From the NCBI GenBank assembly GCA_030264375.1, contig JASCQW010000122.1, positions 11,620,116 to 11,684,115 of the forward strand: 64,000 nucleotides of DNA. The letters run 5' to 3'. Shown here piece by piece: positions 38,319 through 50,659 of the stretch. Positions within the stretch are counted from its first letter, which is position 1. Each line of letters begins with the position of its first letter. Both the position numbers and the translations under genes were made by a program. Below the pieces are notes generated by a model that searched no databases, was not told the origin of the DNA, and was given only the letters and a program-made list of their open reading frames with translations. This DNA is from Carcharhinus longimanus (Eukaryota).

Positions 38319-38368
38319 CAATACCTCCAGTTATCATGAATGCTTTGGAAAAGCGTGCGTTTTTAAAG
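38319..38368 (+). CDS. SFXN3: Sideroflexin coding exon 7 (AIPPVIMNALEKRAFLK)
   Basis: Acceptor tttgcag; donor AAG|gtaagg; 50 nt. Confidence 0.92.
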
Positions 38369-39045
38369 GTAAGGTTTTCAAATGCTTGTAAGTTGCAAAT
38401 GAAAGATTACCTTCATGTGGGACTGGATTCATTGAATGTACCATGATAGCAACTAGACTAAAATGAGTGCCTTTGCGTCATGCTCTTTCTCACCTAGCTT
38501 CCCCTTAAATGCATCTTCGCTTTTTATCACAACTGTTCAACTTAGGTACAAAAAAAGGGTTTCACCTGAACAGCTTTTTGGATATATCAGTGACTATCAC
38601 ATTATTCTGATCTAGTTTTGGGTCCATTCACAAAAATGAACGTTTTTCTCTACATCTATCCTATCGACCTCCTCCATAATCCTGAAGATGTCTCAGCCTT
38701 CTCTTTTCTCAAAAAGATAGCCTCATCCTCTTCACTCTTTCCTGATGGTTATAACCAATAATCTTTGGTGTCACCCTTGCAACTGTAACTTCCTTCAGTG
38801 CCTGAAAAGTATATCCTCTTTGTTTTACAGAGAGCAGAACTGTGCCACCAAGTGTGGTCTACCAAGATTCTATCCAGACTTAACAAAGCCCCTCTACTTG
38901 TTAAGTCTATTCCTGTAGAAATGAAATTTTTGTTTGAGAAGCCTTAGTCGTTGACTTCACAGAGCGTGGAGATTTTAATGAGGGGATACGATAATGTTTT
39001 ATTGTTCAATAACTGTTCTGTGTTAAATCCTTTGAATGACCTGGA

Positions 39046-39528
39046 TCATAGAATCATAGAATCCCTACAATGCAGAAGGACGCCATTCAGCCCATCGATC
39101 TACACCGACTACAACCCCACCCAAACCCTATCCCCATAACCCCATGCATTTACCCTAACTAGTCCCCTAACACTAAGGGGCAATTTAGCATGGCCAATCC
39201 ACCTAACCCGCACATCTTTGGACTGTGGGAGGAAACCGGNNNNNNNNNNNNNNNNNNNNNNNNNNNNNNNNNNNNNNNNNNNNNNNNNNNNNNNNNNNNN
39301 NNNNNNNNNNNNNNNNNNNNNNNNNNNNNNNNNNNNNNNATTTAGCATGGCCAATCCACCTAACCCGCACATCTTTGGACTGTGGGAGGAAACCGGAGCA
39401 CCCAGAGGAAACCCACTCAGACTTGGGGATAATGTGAAAACACCACACAGGCAGTCACCCAAGCCGGGGAATCGAACCTGGTTCCCTGGTGCTGTGATGC
39501 AACAGTGCTAACCATTGTGCCACCATGT
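39046..39528 (-). mobile_element. HE1-like V-SINE (gapped)
   Basis: Begins catagaatcatagaat (reverse tail). Confidence 0.85.
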
Positions 39529-39782
39529 CTCTTCACTATCTGCTGTGAAAATCTTAATGGCTGATAAACAACAATTGTCAAGCAGTGATGATCACTCCTT
39601 CTGCGGTTGTTCTTCCAGTGTATGAAAGTCTACTATGACTCTCTTGTCCTTATGGTACATACGCTAGTGGTACCTCACATTGCTAGATGTTTGGTTTGCT
39701 TCCAGTCTTAGTTACAATTCTTAAATCAGAACTGAATCCTTATGGCTAAATGTAATATTTTCTCTCCCTTTTTTTGTTGCAG

Positions 39783-39832
39783 CGTTTCCCATTGCTCAAT
39801 GCCCCTATTCAAGTTGGACTGGTGGGCCTCAG
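39783..39832 (+). CDS. SFXN3: Sideroflexin coding exon 8 (RFPLLNAPIQVGLVGLS)
   Basis: Long pyrimidine tract plus gcag acceptor; donor AG|gtgagt; 50 nt. Confidence 0.92.
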
Positions 39833-40096
39833 GTGAGTTTGCTTCCCAGTGAGTTATTTCAAGCTTAAAATTCTTTTGAGTTTTATTTTGACGTTTGCTG
39901 GTCTTAATGTTTCAGGGATAAATAGTTTGTTAGAAGCAGTGGGAGGTGTACGGGGAGAGATCAGGACTTTGGCTGGCCCTAGCGGAAAGCCAAAGACAAA
40001 ATGGACCAAACAGATTTTTTTCTGTAAACCTCTGTGCTCTTTGAGTATGTCAGTAAAAATTATGCAAGAAGTTTAGTTATACAACTATAATGCGAA

Positions 40097-40162
40097 ATTC
40101 AGGTTGGGCTGGTGGACCTCAGGTGAGTTTTCTTCCCAATGAGTAATTTCAGGCTTAAAATT
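40097..40162 (+). repeat. Partial duplicate of exon 8 3' half plus donor and intron start
   Basis: 59/66 identical to 39807..39872, offset 290 nt, ungapped. Confidence 0.93.
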
Positions 40163-40345
40163 TCAATAGTGAAATATGTGCCCTTTGTCCATTTACTTTT
40201 GATTGAATTCTGTTATACCTCTGTTATACAAATGAATGGAAAGAAAGGAGGTAAACATATGACAATACCAACTTTTAGATTTTAAAAAAATCACAGCAAA
40301 CCTGCAGAAATCCCGCTGCAAAAATACGTGGGGGTTGTAATCATT

Positions 40346-41454
40346 GGGCGGAATTCTCGCACAAAATGAGAGTACAGTGAGTAAACAGGAGTGATCTGCG
40401 GTGGTCTCTCGGGCATGGTCATACTGCAATCGTCCAACGTGCAGTTGCTTTTTATGGAGAGTGGCGAGTTGTATTGTATTGTGTGCTGGGTTGTGGTTTG
40501 GGGCCCAAACACAGCAGTGAGCCTGGCTTCAGAGCACTTGGGTACCTTTTCACGACCTCGAAGTGCACTCGGAGACTGCCCTCTCTCCCCCTACAGAAGT
40601 CGGGAACTCCCCCATCAGTGACATGTTCCCCCAACCCCTTCCTGATATTACTAGCAACAAGGCCCTCTCGATGGGTCCCCCATCATGACCCCTGACATGC
40701 CACTCCATCAGGAACACCATCATGATCTTCTCCTGCATGGCCCGCCTCCGCCTCNNNNNNNNNNNNNNNNNNNNNNNNNNNNNNNNNNNNNNNNNNNNNN
40801 NNNNNNNNNNNNNNNNNNNNNNNNNNNNNNNNNNNNNNNNNNNNNNNNNNNNNNCCCCCCCCCCCCCCCCCCCCCACCCCACTTCATACCCACTCTACAC
40901 AGCCCCCTCGTCATAACCTCCTCCCAAACACCACTCTGACGCTTTCCCTGGCACACTGGTGGTGCCCAAGTGGCACTACTGGGATGCCAGGTTGCTACTA
41001 CCAGTGTGCCAGGTGGGCACTGCCCAATAGGCACCAGCCAGTCATGTCCCCAACCACCCAGGGGCTTCCAAAATCTCCGGATCCCCTACCGTGGCCATTG
41101 CAGCAGGCCTCCGCTAATGAAGTCTGGCAGTGATTCGTGCTGGTGTCACCTCTCGCTGGAAAGGTGGAACATTCCGCGAGGGCAGACAGTCACGTGCCCA
41201 ACTCGCTAATGAAATTGAAATCCAGTCAATGTCATGCTAATCAGCTTTGCGCCCTTTCCGACTGTGATCTGGTTCCAGCCTTTGGAAAAGGGCTGGGATA
41301 ATTGCAAACTGGCGCCGGGTGCAAAACTGATTTCTGGGCCTGCACGCTCTGCTCCAGGATCGCTGTAATCTGTACCGGGTGTGGGGAGGTCAGAGAAGAC
41401 CAGAGATCTGAGAATAGTGTGACCTCAGCGCAGAGAACACATGTAAAATTCCCC
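40346..41454. mobile_element. GC-rich non-autonomous TIR element (Harbinger-like)
   Basis: Starts gggcggaattctc and ends gtaaaattcccc; GC-rich interior with poly-C. Confidence 0.5.
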
Positions 41455-42719
41455 TGTTTGCTATTTTAATCAGCACAATCAGAATGGAATGGTTGGGGTC
41501 TGCTGTGATAGTGGAGTTAGACACTTTAGGAACTATTGGATAGGCATATGGAGCACACCAGAATGATAGGGAGTGGGATAGCTTGATCTTGGTTTTGGAC
41601 AAAGCTCGGCACAATATCGAGGGTTGAAGGGCTTGTATGTGCTTTATTGTCCTATGTTTCTATTATTTGTAAACTGTTGGACAGAAACATTTTGTATGTA
41701 TATGTTTTTGTTATCAATACTGCACAGTACAACTTCAGCTTCCCTCTTTACAATGCACAGTCCTCTTATTGCTAATACTCATAGAACATAGAACATAGAA
41801 CACTACAGCACAAACAGGCCCTTTGGCCCACGAGTTGCGCCGATCACGTCAACACCNNNNNNNNNNNNNNNNNNNNNNNNNNNNNNNNNNNNNNNNNNNN
41901 NNNNNNNNNNNNNNNNNNNNNNNNNNNNNNNNNNNNNNNNNNNNNNNNNNNNNNNNTTCAGCTTCCCTCTTTACAATGCACAGTCCTCTTATTGCTAATA
42001 CTCATGCTGCAGTTAAAGCTGAATAAAATTCCTTCCATTCAGAATTATCATCTTACTTTCTGAGTGCTTAGCTCTGAAATTAGTATTTTATTAAACCCAC
42101 TGCTGAGGACAATTTTATTTTTGACTTTTCCTTGTGTAATGATTTCAGTGCTAATGCTCATATTTATATGTGGATATTTTGCAATGGAAATTTGTTTTTT
42201 CATCGTGTACTGGGTGTTGAACTGGTAAAGTTGGGCCCTCTGGTAAGTAGACAACAGTAATGCAGAAATGATACCCTCAGGATTACAGGATGGAATGATG
42301 CTGTGCTTGCAGCCTGCTGAAACTAATTTGTTCAGCCGTTTTAATCGAGTTGTTAGTGACTTGCAGTCAGTATTTTGCTATATTTATGTAATGCTGTTAT
42401 CATTAGCAACACATTAAACACTCAATAAACTGCATGACTAACACATTAACACTCAAGAAGCAGCATTAGTAACACACCAAATACTTGAAAGCTGCATGAT
42501 GTCAAAGAGGATTAATGATAGGCAGTGTTATATTGTTATGCAAAGTAAGTCACACCCTTCCAAAAGGAAATCATTTAGATGGTGGTAAAAATAGCCCCCA
42601 CGTGTACACCACAGGTACAAAGGAGGAAAAAAAACCCACTACAGATCAGAGCAAATCCTACTTCTACATCACCAAATGAGGGCCAACTGACCCATCGTAT
42701 TTCTGCCAACCCTTTGAAA

Positions 42720-42945
42720 GAGCTGAAAATGCTGGAACATCTCAGCAAGTCTCACAACCTCTGTGGAGAGACAACAGAGTAAACATTTTGAGTCTGGCTG
42801 ACTCTTTGTCAGAGCTGGAGAAGGACAAAGGGTTATCGAGACCGATACATTAACTTTATTTCCTCTTCACAGATGCTGTCAGACTTGCTGAGATTTCCCA
42901 GCAATTTCTGTATTTGTTTCAGATTCCAGCATCTGCAGTAATTTA
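42720..42945. mobile_element. Palindromic non-autonomous element, probably Penelope-derived (second family)
   Basis: ctcagcaagtct...ctgtggagag versus ctcttcacag...agacttgctgag inverted arms; fragments near 6271, 10495, 23810, 34695, 46540 and 59340. Confidence 0.65.
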
Positions 42946-42972
42946 CTTTCATCTTTGAAGAAGCTGTCTGCT

Positions 42973-43556
42973 TAGAATCATAGAATCCCTACAGTGCAGA
43001 AGGAGCCCATTCGGCCCATCGAGTCTGCATTGACCACAATCCCAGCCAGGTCCTATCCCTGTAACCTCCTGTATATACCCTAGGTAGCCCCTGACACTAA
43101 AGGGCAATTTAGCATGGCCAATGCACCTAACCCGCACAACTTTGGAGTATGAGAAGTAACTGGAGCACCCGAAGGAAACCCGTGCAGACATGGGGAGAAT
43201 GTGCAGAGTCCACACTGACAGTGACCCAAGCCGGGAAGGTGCTGTGGGGCAGCAGTGATAACCACTGTGCCACCGTGTCACCCAGTTCCATCTCCCCATC
43301 CTTTTCCAGTGCAAATGTTTCCTTTTCCAGTGTTCCCATTAAAAGCATTGTTCACATACTGTCTACTGTCTGTAGTCCAAAGATGTGCAGGTTCGGTGGA
43401 TTGGCCATACTAAATAGCCCCTAAATGTCCCAAGATGTGCCGGATAGGAGGATTAGTGGGATAAATATGTGGGGTTACAGGGATAGGACCTGGGTGGGAT
43501 GCGAGTCAATTCAGACTTGATAGGCTGCCGCTTTCACTGTAGGGTTTCTATGATTC
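42973..43556. mobile_element. Divergent pair of HE1-like SINEs (42973..43278 minus; 43370..43556 plus, partial)
   Basis: Shared central domain and tail in opposite orientations about 100 nt apart. Confidence 0.8.
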
Positions 43557-44996
43557 TGCTTCCATCATTGTTTATGGTAGAGCATCCTGTATACTAGCAC
43601 CTCTCTGCTCTATCCTGTTTCCCCCTCCATGGCCATCATGACAAATTACGGTTNNNNNNNNNNNNNNNNNNNNNNACATTAGCATCTTGACCATCTCCTT
43701 GACTTGTATGTAAAACTGCAATATTTATGCAGGAATTAGCACATTATTGTTGCCCATAGAAATCCTTTGATTTGATTGAGGATATTGCATCAAATTCCTA
43801 CTCTTGGTAACCAAAAGATGCATTTATTTTTCTAATGATATTTTGAAGTTAATTTAACAATTAATATTAAGGTGACCTGAGACTACTTCTGGAGATTTAC
43901 ACTAATTTCTAAGGTTCCTTAAACTATGAGTGTGGTCTACCAGCCATGGCAGTTTGACCATGAAGCCCAGGCAATTGCAACCTTTGTGTGCAGTTCTTCA
44001 GTGATTTGTCCTGAATGCACACTGTGGAAGGTTGTTCTGCTGTTTCATTTGTAAATAAATTCTAAATCAAAATCTGTTGCCATAATCCAATACATAGATC
44101 AGAATTAACACGGCGTGAATTTAACTTTAACTGCCACAGAGACAAAGAGCTGGGATGCTCTTAGGTTGCGACATCCTCCAGGAATGAATGAGAATTGCAC
44201 CTAGACGTTGTGAATGAGAACTAAATCCTCTGAGGCTCCATTCAGTGTCCTGTCGTCATCACAAAGACAAAATAATCAACAATTCATTTAATCTCCCAAT
44301 TGACCCACATTAGCATTTAGAAACATTGAGCTGAGATTGCTGAGTTATGAGGATAATCCTGAAAATAATCTGTATTTAAATATGTTTGTTGCTGCTTGCA
44401 TTTACCCTCCTTGCATGAAATTCAGAAATATGTGTAGTATGCTTTCTCAGTGCTGCTTACGCTACTAATTTAAGCGTCCCATCGAATGTCATGCGCCCAT
44501 CAAAATTATTCCAGCCCTTATTTAGCCAGGCTCAAATTCTGGCCTATTGCACATCCCTGATTTTCATTGCTTCTCCTTTGCCAGCTATGCCTTCAGTTGT
44601 CTGGACCTTAATCTTTAGAGTTCTGTTCCTGAAACACTCTGTCTCTCCCTTTTCCTTTTAAGCCTTTTCCTTTTGACCAAGCTGTTGGCCATTTGTTGTA
44701 CTATCTCCTTGTGTGACTCATTGCCAAGTTTTGTTTGATAGCATTTTTATGAAGTGCCTCAGAGTTTATTGTGTGAAAAATGCTATGTGAACTCAAGTTG
44801 CTTTTGTAGAAATACAGTATGGGCAACTTGCATCTCCACCTAGGGGAAATTGCAGCTCCTTGTCATCCAGGTTACCTTAGCCTGCTCCTTTTTCAAAGCT
44901 CTCAAATGCTGTACCTGGAGAGACTTACGAATAGACTGGGTGTCGATAGGTTCAGAATAATATTGTTCACCAGTTTTTGTTTCTTTCTCTCTTTAG

Positions 44997-45044
44997 CTTG
45001 GTGTTTGCCACTCCACTGTGCTGTGCACTTTTCCCTCAAAAAAG
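44997..45044 (+). CDS. SFXN3: Sideroflexin coding exon 9 (LVFATPLCCALFPQKS)
   Basis: ATPLCCALFPQ motif; acceptor ctttag; donor AG|gtaagt; 48 nt. Confidence 0.94.
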
Positions 45045-45209
45045 GTAAGTAAACCTTCTAGTGTCAAATTACCGTCAGATCTGTTGTAAGCAAGTGGTGA
45101 CTAATTGTTTTAACACATTACAGACTCTAATTATTCTGCAGTTCCAGTCGCTTTAGCATGTTGGTAGGAATTGACAGTTAAATAGAGAGATTTCCATCCT
45201 ATTAAAAAA

Positions 45210-45720
45210 GTTAAACTTTAAAGTTTATTTATTAGCCACAGATAAGGTTTACATTAACACTGTAATGAAGTTATTGCAAAATTCCTCTAGTTGACACACT
45301 CCGGCGCCTGTTCAGGTCAATGCACCAAACCAGCATGTCTTCCAGACTGGGAGGAAACTGGAGCACCCGGAGGAAACCCAAGCAGACGTGGCGAGAACAT
45401 GCCAACTCCACACAGTGATCAAAGCAGAGAATTGAACCCGGGTCCCTGGCGCTGTGAGCAGTGCTAACCTACGTACACTCTGTCCTGGTGAGGGAATCAA
45501 ATGAGAGTCAGGCCATTGAGGAGATAATGTAGGCAATGCTTCATAGAATCATAAAATCCCTACAGTGCAGAGGAGGCCATCAAGTCTGCACCGACCACAA
45601 GCCCCTATTCCTGTAAGCCCACACATTTACCATGCTAATCCCCTGATACTAGGGTCAATTTAGCATGGCCAGTCCACCTAACCCACACATCTATAGCCTG
45701 TGGGAGGAAACTGGAGCTCC
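45210..45720 (-). mobile_element. Two HE1-like SINEs (alternative tail 45210..45470; CR1 tail 45542..45720)
   Basis: Characteristic reverse tails and central domain. Confidence 0.8.
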
Positions 45721-46993
45721 NNNNNNNNNNNNNNNNNNNNNNNNNNNNNNNNNNNNNNNNNNNNNNNNNNNNNNNNNNNNNNNNNNNNNNNNNNNNNNNN
45801 NNNNNNNNNNNNNNNNNNNNNNNNNNNNNNNNNNNNNNNNNNNNNNNNNNNNNNNNNNNNNNNNNNNNNNNNNNNNNNNNNNNNNNNNNNNNNNNNNNNN
45901 NNNNNNNNNNNNNNNNNNNNNNNNNNNNNNNNNNNNNNNNNNNNNNNNNNNNNNNNNNNNNNNNNNNNNNNNNNNNNNNNNNNNNNNNNNNNNNNNNNNN
46001 NNNNNNNNNNNNNNNNNNNNNNNNNNNNNNNNNNNNNNNNNNNNNNNNNNNNNNNNNNNNNNNNNNNNNNNNNNNNNNNNNNNNNNNNNNNNNNNNNNNN
46101 NNNNNNNNNNNNNNNNNCTTTGATACAACCAGGCCTCAGTCGCCTACTTCCCAGTCTCGACAAAGCTCAGTACAGTGCTTTTCTGAAAGAGGAGCTAGGT
46201 GGCAACATTGTTGGTTTGGTTTCATTTGTGATAGAAAAGAGGACATTAACGGAACTCTGTGTATCTCAGCAGAGGCGCAGGCCCTGAGCAATTTTGAAAG
46301 GTTAAAATACTAATGGTGTGTTTCCTTCCGTGGAGAAAAAAATCACCCTGACCTTTCCCTCTCTTCTATTTTAAATTGTCGAGTGTAAGTGCAGCATTCC
46401 CTTGGAGACCCCCATGTCAAATTCTCCGAGGGATAAATATTAAGTATTTGCAGTACCACGTCTGTAATCAGAGGATGCTGTGAAAGTCGATTTCCATTCA
46501 ATATGTCACTTAAAAGCAAGCATAAATTCAGAGAGTAAAGTACTGCAGATGCAGGAAATCAGAAATAAGAAAAAATACTGTAAACACAGAGTGAGGCAAG
46601 AGCAAGATACGGTCAACATTAGCCGCTAAACCAGTTCTGATGAAAGGTCATTACCAAACCAGAATTTGATTTATATAAATGGATTCGTGAATCCTCCCAC
46701 AGTTAGTCGCCATGCCGTCTGATTATCCTGCATCTGCTTGTTCCTTCGAGCCATTCAGCTGTTGTGTAGCTGAACAAAGTGACCCCACAGAGGCCTTGAG
46801 GTAAGAAGTCCCAGCAACACATTGCGGAAAAGGTAATTCTTTTTTGGAGCCTCACCAATAATCCATAAATTCATTGCTGAACCCAGAGTTGCTCACTGGA
46901 AGCTTTTCTACTATCTGCTCAAATACTCAAGTTATTGCTTAATCTAAAAGGTCTGGTATATTTTCTTCCCTGACTGCCCCACTTCTCACTTAA

Positions 46994-47305
46994 ATAGAAT
47001 CCCTACAGTGCAGACATAGGTCATTCGGCCCATCAAGCCTGCACCAACATCAATCCCACCCAAGCTGTAACTCCGTAACCCCATGTATTGACCGTGCTAA
47101 CCCCCTGACAATTAAGGCGCAATTTAGCATAGCCAATCAGTCTAACTCTCATATCTTTCGACTGCGGGAGGAAACCAGAGCACCTGCAGAAAACCCATGC
47201 AGACACGGGGAGAACGTGCAAACTCCATGCAGTCACCCAAGGCTAGAATTGTACCTGGGTCACCAGCACAGTGTGGCACCAGTGCTAACCACTATGCCAC
47301 CGTGC
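46994..47305 (-). mobile_element. HE1-like V-SINE
   Basis: Full length on the minus strand. Confidence 0.85.
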
Positions 47306-47600
47306 CAGCTCCGCACCCCCTCCGCCCACACCCACTCCCCATCCAGCTGTTGTCTTCTCTGACTTTCTATTGAGGAGGTGGAGGAAATGAGAGGAAGAAT
47401 CAATCAGATTATCTGTGTGAATCATACATTTCCAGTTAAACATGGCACTGGCTGAAATTGAAGCCAAATTGCTTGAGCATCTACTTAGTTAGCAAATTGT
47501 CAACCATAAGGTGGGATCTAAAGCAAAATGTGATGAAGGATAGTTTGTTACAGTTAATCATAGTCAATTTGTATTGTTTGTTTATTATTTCATTTCACAG

Positions 47601-47697
47601 CTCCATGAAGGTCTCCCGCCTGGAACCAGAACTTCAGGCTCAGATTCAGGCCAGCAATCCTGATATTGATGTCGTTTACTTCAACAAGGGCTTATAG
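47601..47697 (+). CDS. SFXN3: Sideroflexin coding exon 10 ([31 protein letters not shown])
   Basis: Canonical sideroflexin C-terminus FNKGL followed by TAG; acceptor ttcacag. Spliced CDS totals 969 nt, an open 322-aa frame. Confidence 0.95.
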
Positions 47698-50653
47698 ATG
47701 AGCTAAAGAAAAGCAATGATACCAAGAATCTGGAATCTGTCCCTTGCAGTTACTTTTCAGAGATGCTGCTTTTAAAATTTGTAAGACACCCCAGGTGGGT
47801 ACTGGGCAATATCCTTGTACAAGCTGCAGAGGTAATTACACTAAAACCATAACTGTGATTTGGATCATTGACTGCTGTCACTTGTTTTTGCAATTGATTT
47901 GAGAAACACTTGTTTGTACACCAAGGCAAGTTGTTGGTGTTTGGTCAAGTGGAAACTAAATTATAGCTTGGTTTGCCCAGGAGCCAAGAATTTTTTGGGT
48001 GGGGGGTTCTTCAGATTTCAAAACTGAATTGCTAAGATTTTAAAATTCCAGTTATTTAGAGTGGGAAGAAAAAGGTAATACCAAATCGTGCACTAATGGC
48101 CATGGTGAGCCAACCAACATCCTCCAACCTCGACACCCTCTCAGGGAATCCATGATTCTTCTAGATCAACTCATGCTCGTAGGATTTAAGTTTAGAAACT
48201 CATGACTTCCATATGCCACCCAAGATTGCCCATAATAAACCCAGGAACATGTTTGCTACTGTTAATATTTCTTGCACTTCGTTGCTTTTGTTTGCTCTGT
48301 GTAGCTACAGAAGTTTGAGATTGATCATCTTGGAATTTGTAATATTACTCTGTTTGAGACGGTGCCCGTTTTCCTGCCATTTCAGGATTTGAAACAGTTT
48401 TCCATGGGAATTATCTGCCGTAATAGGGAACAAGGTTCAAATTAAAGCTGTGCTCTTCTCTTTCTGCTTTTAATTAGCTTCATAATCTATTCTGGCAGAA
48501 ACGTTCCTGGATCATTTTCTGGTACCTTATCCTCGTGAATTTGCATCCAGCACTATCTACCTTGTTTTCTACACCCAAACAAAGATTCAGCTGGTAATAT
48601 AACCTTCTGTGTGCTTCGTGGTCCTGGAATTTTATCATATTTTAAAATTCTGTTTTACTGAAGTGGGTTTTTTATGGATGACACAGTGAGGTATTCAGAG
48701 TACAGTGCTTGGAAGTGCAAACAAGTCTCCCTTCAGACCATCGCCTTGTCGCTTGTCACAAGGCAGTCACCAGACAGGATTTCGTCAACTTTGTTGGTGT
48801 CTGTCTTAAGGGCCTCAGAAACATGTAAAAGTCTCAGATTTTGTAATTCCACTAAATAGTAAGCTGAAATTTTGGCCTGGTTTTTTTAATCCCAGTTCTG
48901 TAATTTGTAATGTTAAAATGGTGGAATTGCTTGCCTAGCACTGGCATTGCAAGAAGAGTGGCTGACACAGTCGGTTATTGCACACTAATGGTTATGATAT
49001 TCCAGTTATCAGCGTGTGACATTATTACATCAGTTTTCAAAACCAACTACTTTTTATTTCACACCTAAGCACCCAGGGGAATGATTCATCTTTCCTTTAA
49101 TGGCAGCCTAAATAGAGAAGCGTTCGGATATTCTCTCTCTAAAAATAATTAATTTTACTTTTGATGAAATAGCAAGAGGCACAGAAGTATATTTTTATTT
49201 GTTATTGATGCCTTGTGAGCACTGAATCTTCTAAGTATGGTATCTTTTTGTCAGTAATATGTTTGCAATTATGAAGTAACTTTTATAAGTTGTTTGATGG
49301 GAAAGTGATGACTATTACTACACAATATGGAATTAAGTGAAAAGTGATTTATAATGTTCATTAGCATATTGTAATAGTATCCCTGAGCGCTTGTGAAGTT
49401 CACTCGTTGTTGAACAGACAAACTGTGCACAGTTTGGTTCCACAGAAAGCAAACTGATCAATAATTACTAATGTGTCTAGACATGCAATAGAATTTAGAG
49501 TGGGCCTGTTAAGCTGGAGCCAGTATTAGGCAGTAACGGTGGAGAATTTTGAGACTTGTGAACGCAAGATAATATAGAAATCCTTTGACAATTGACCATC
49601 CAGGTCCCAAAATGCTGACCATAGGTTTCCAATATTATTTGGAGATGCAATTTTTAATTTTGTTTAATATGATTGCATTCCGGTGTTAGGGTGTGAACCT
49701 ACAAACCTGAACCGTGCCCGATTGCGTTCGTACATTTTCTTGCACTGAAAACAGTAGTGACCATGTGAAAATCATTCTACTGAGGGTAAGGTGGATTTCC
49801 TTCTTGCAATTGTCCCTGAATTGGAAGGATGTAAGGAGTATGTGGTAAAACCAAGCATCGTACCCAGACAGGTAATGAACATCTTAGGAACAACGCATGT
49901 TTAGACATGCTGAAATTCAGATGTACATCAGCAGTACGTGGGTTCCTCCAAATTTGAGTGAGGATGGGTGAGGACTTTGCAGAGCAATTCTAGTTCGGAT
50001 ACTGGGCCCTGGTGAAGCCTCTATCCAAGTACAACTGAAGCACATCTATAAACTCTACATTTGCTACCCGAATGGAAAATAGTATTGGAAATATTGTGTG
50101 ATTTTAAAATTAGCCACCTGGATAATGAATATAAGTGACTTTTAGATACTTGTATTACTGGCTGTTCAGCATTGTTCACATTATTATCAATGTGAAGCAG
50201 TAAAATCAATCGTAGAAGTTAGGAATTCATTACTAAGAGTAACTAAACAAAGTCAGCTATATTGTATACCTGAGTTTTACTCAGGTAATGACTTAAGGTG
50301 CTCAAAAGAGGATCGGAGGCCTGGAACTATATGCTTTATATTAGATTTACATCTCAGTCAGTATAAACAACTTCTGCTTTCAATCAACAGTTGAATGAAA
50401 TAAGCCATAACCCACCTGAAAACACTGCAGCAGCAGCTCGAGATGAAAGATAATGCATTTTACTAAGCGCAGTTAAGATGTCTGAAGACTTTGCCTGTTT
50501 TTTTTTGAATATAGATTTTCTAAAGTATTTATTTTCTACATTCTGTATGAGGTGTGTTTCCTAAAATTTACTCTTAAGTATACTCCAACCTTCTAATGAA
50601 AGTCCCTTCTGTTTTCTGAGCCTTCACGCAAGGCAAAACTGAAAGATCAAATC

Positions 50654-50659
50654 AATAAA
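50654..50659 (+). promoter_or_regulatory. Candidate polyadenylation signal of the sideroflexin gene (alternative at 48234..48239)
   Basis: AATAAA about 3 kb downstream of the stop codon within a repeat-poor stretch; no transcript evidence. Confidence 0.3.

Noticed and set aside
40855-40880. Poly-C tract / G-quadruplex potential and polyproline ORF
   Set aside because: Low-complexity interior of a repeat adjacent to a gap.
45665-46287. Long ORFs in the track (also 56669..57385)
   Set aside because: They run through N gaps; no real coding evidence.
48675-48720. CAGTG motifs in the 3' UTR as iron-responsive elements
   Set aside because: Flanks do not form the 5-bp upper stem with bulged C.
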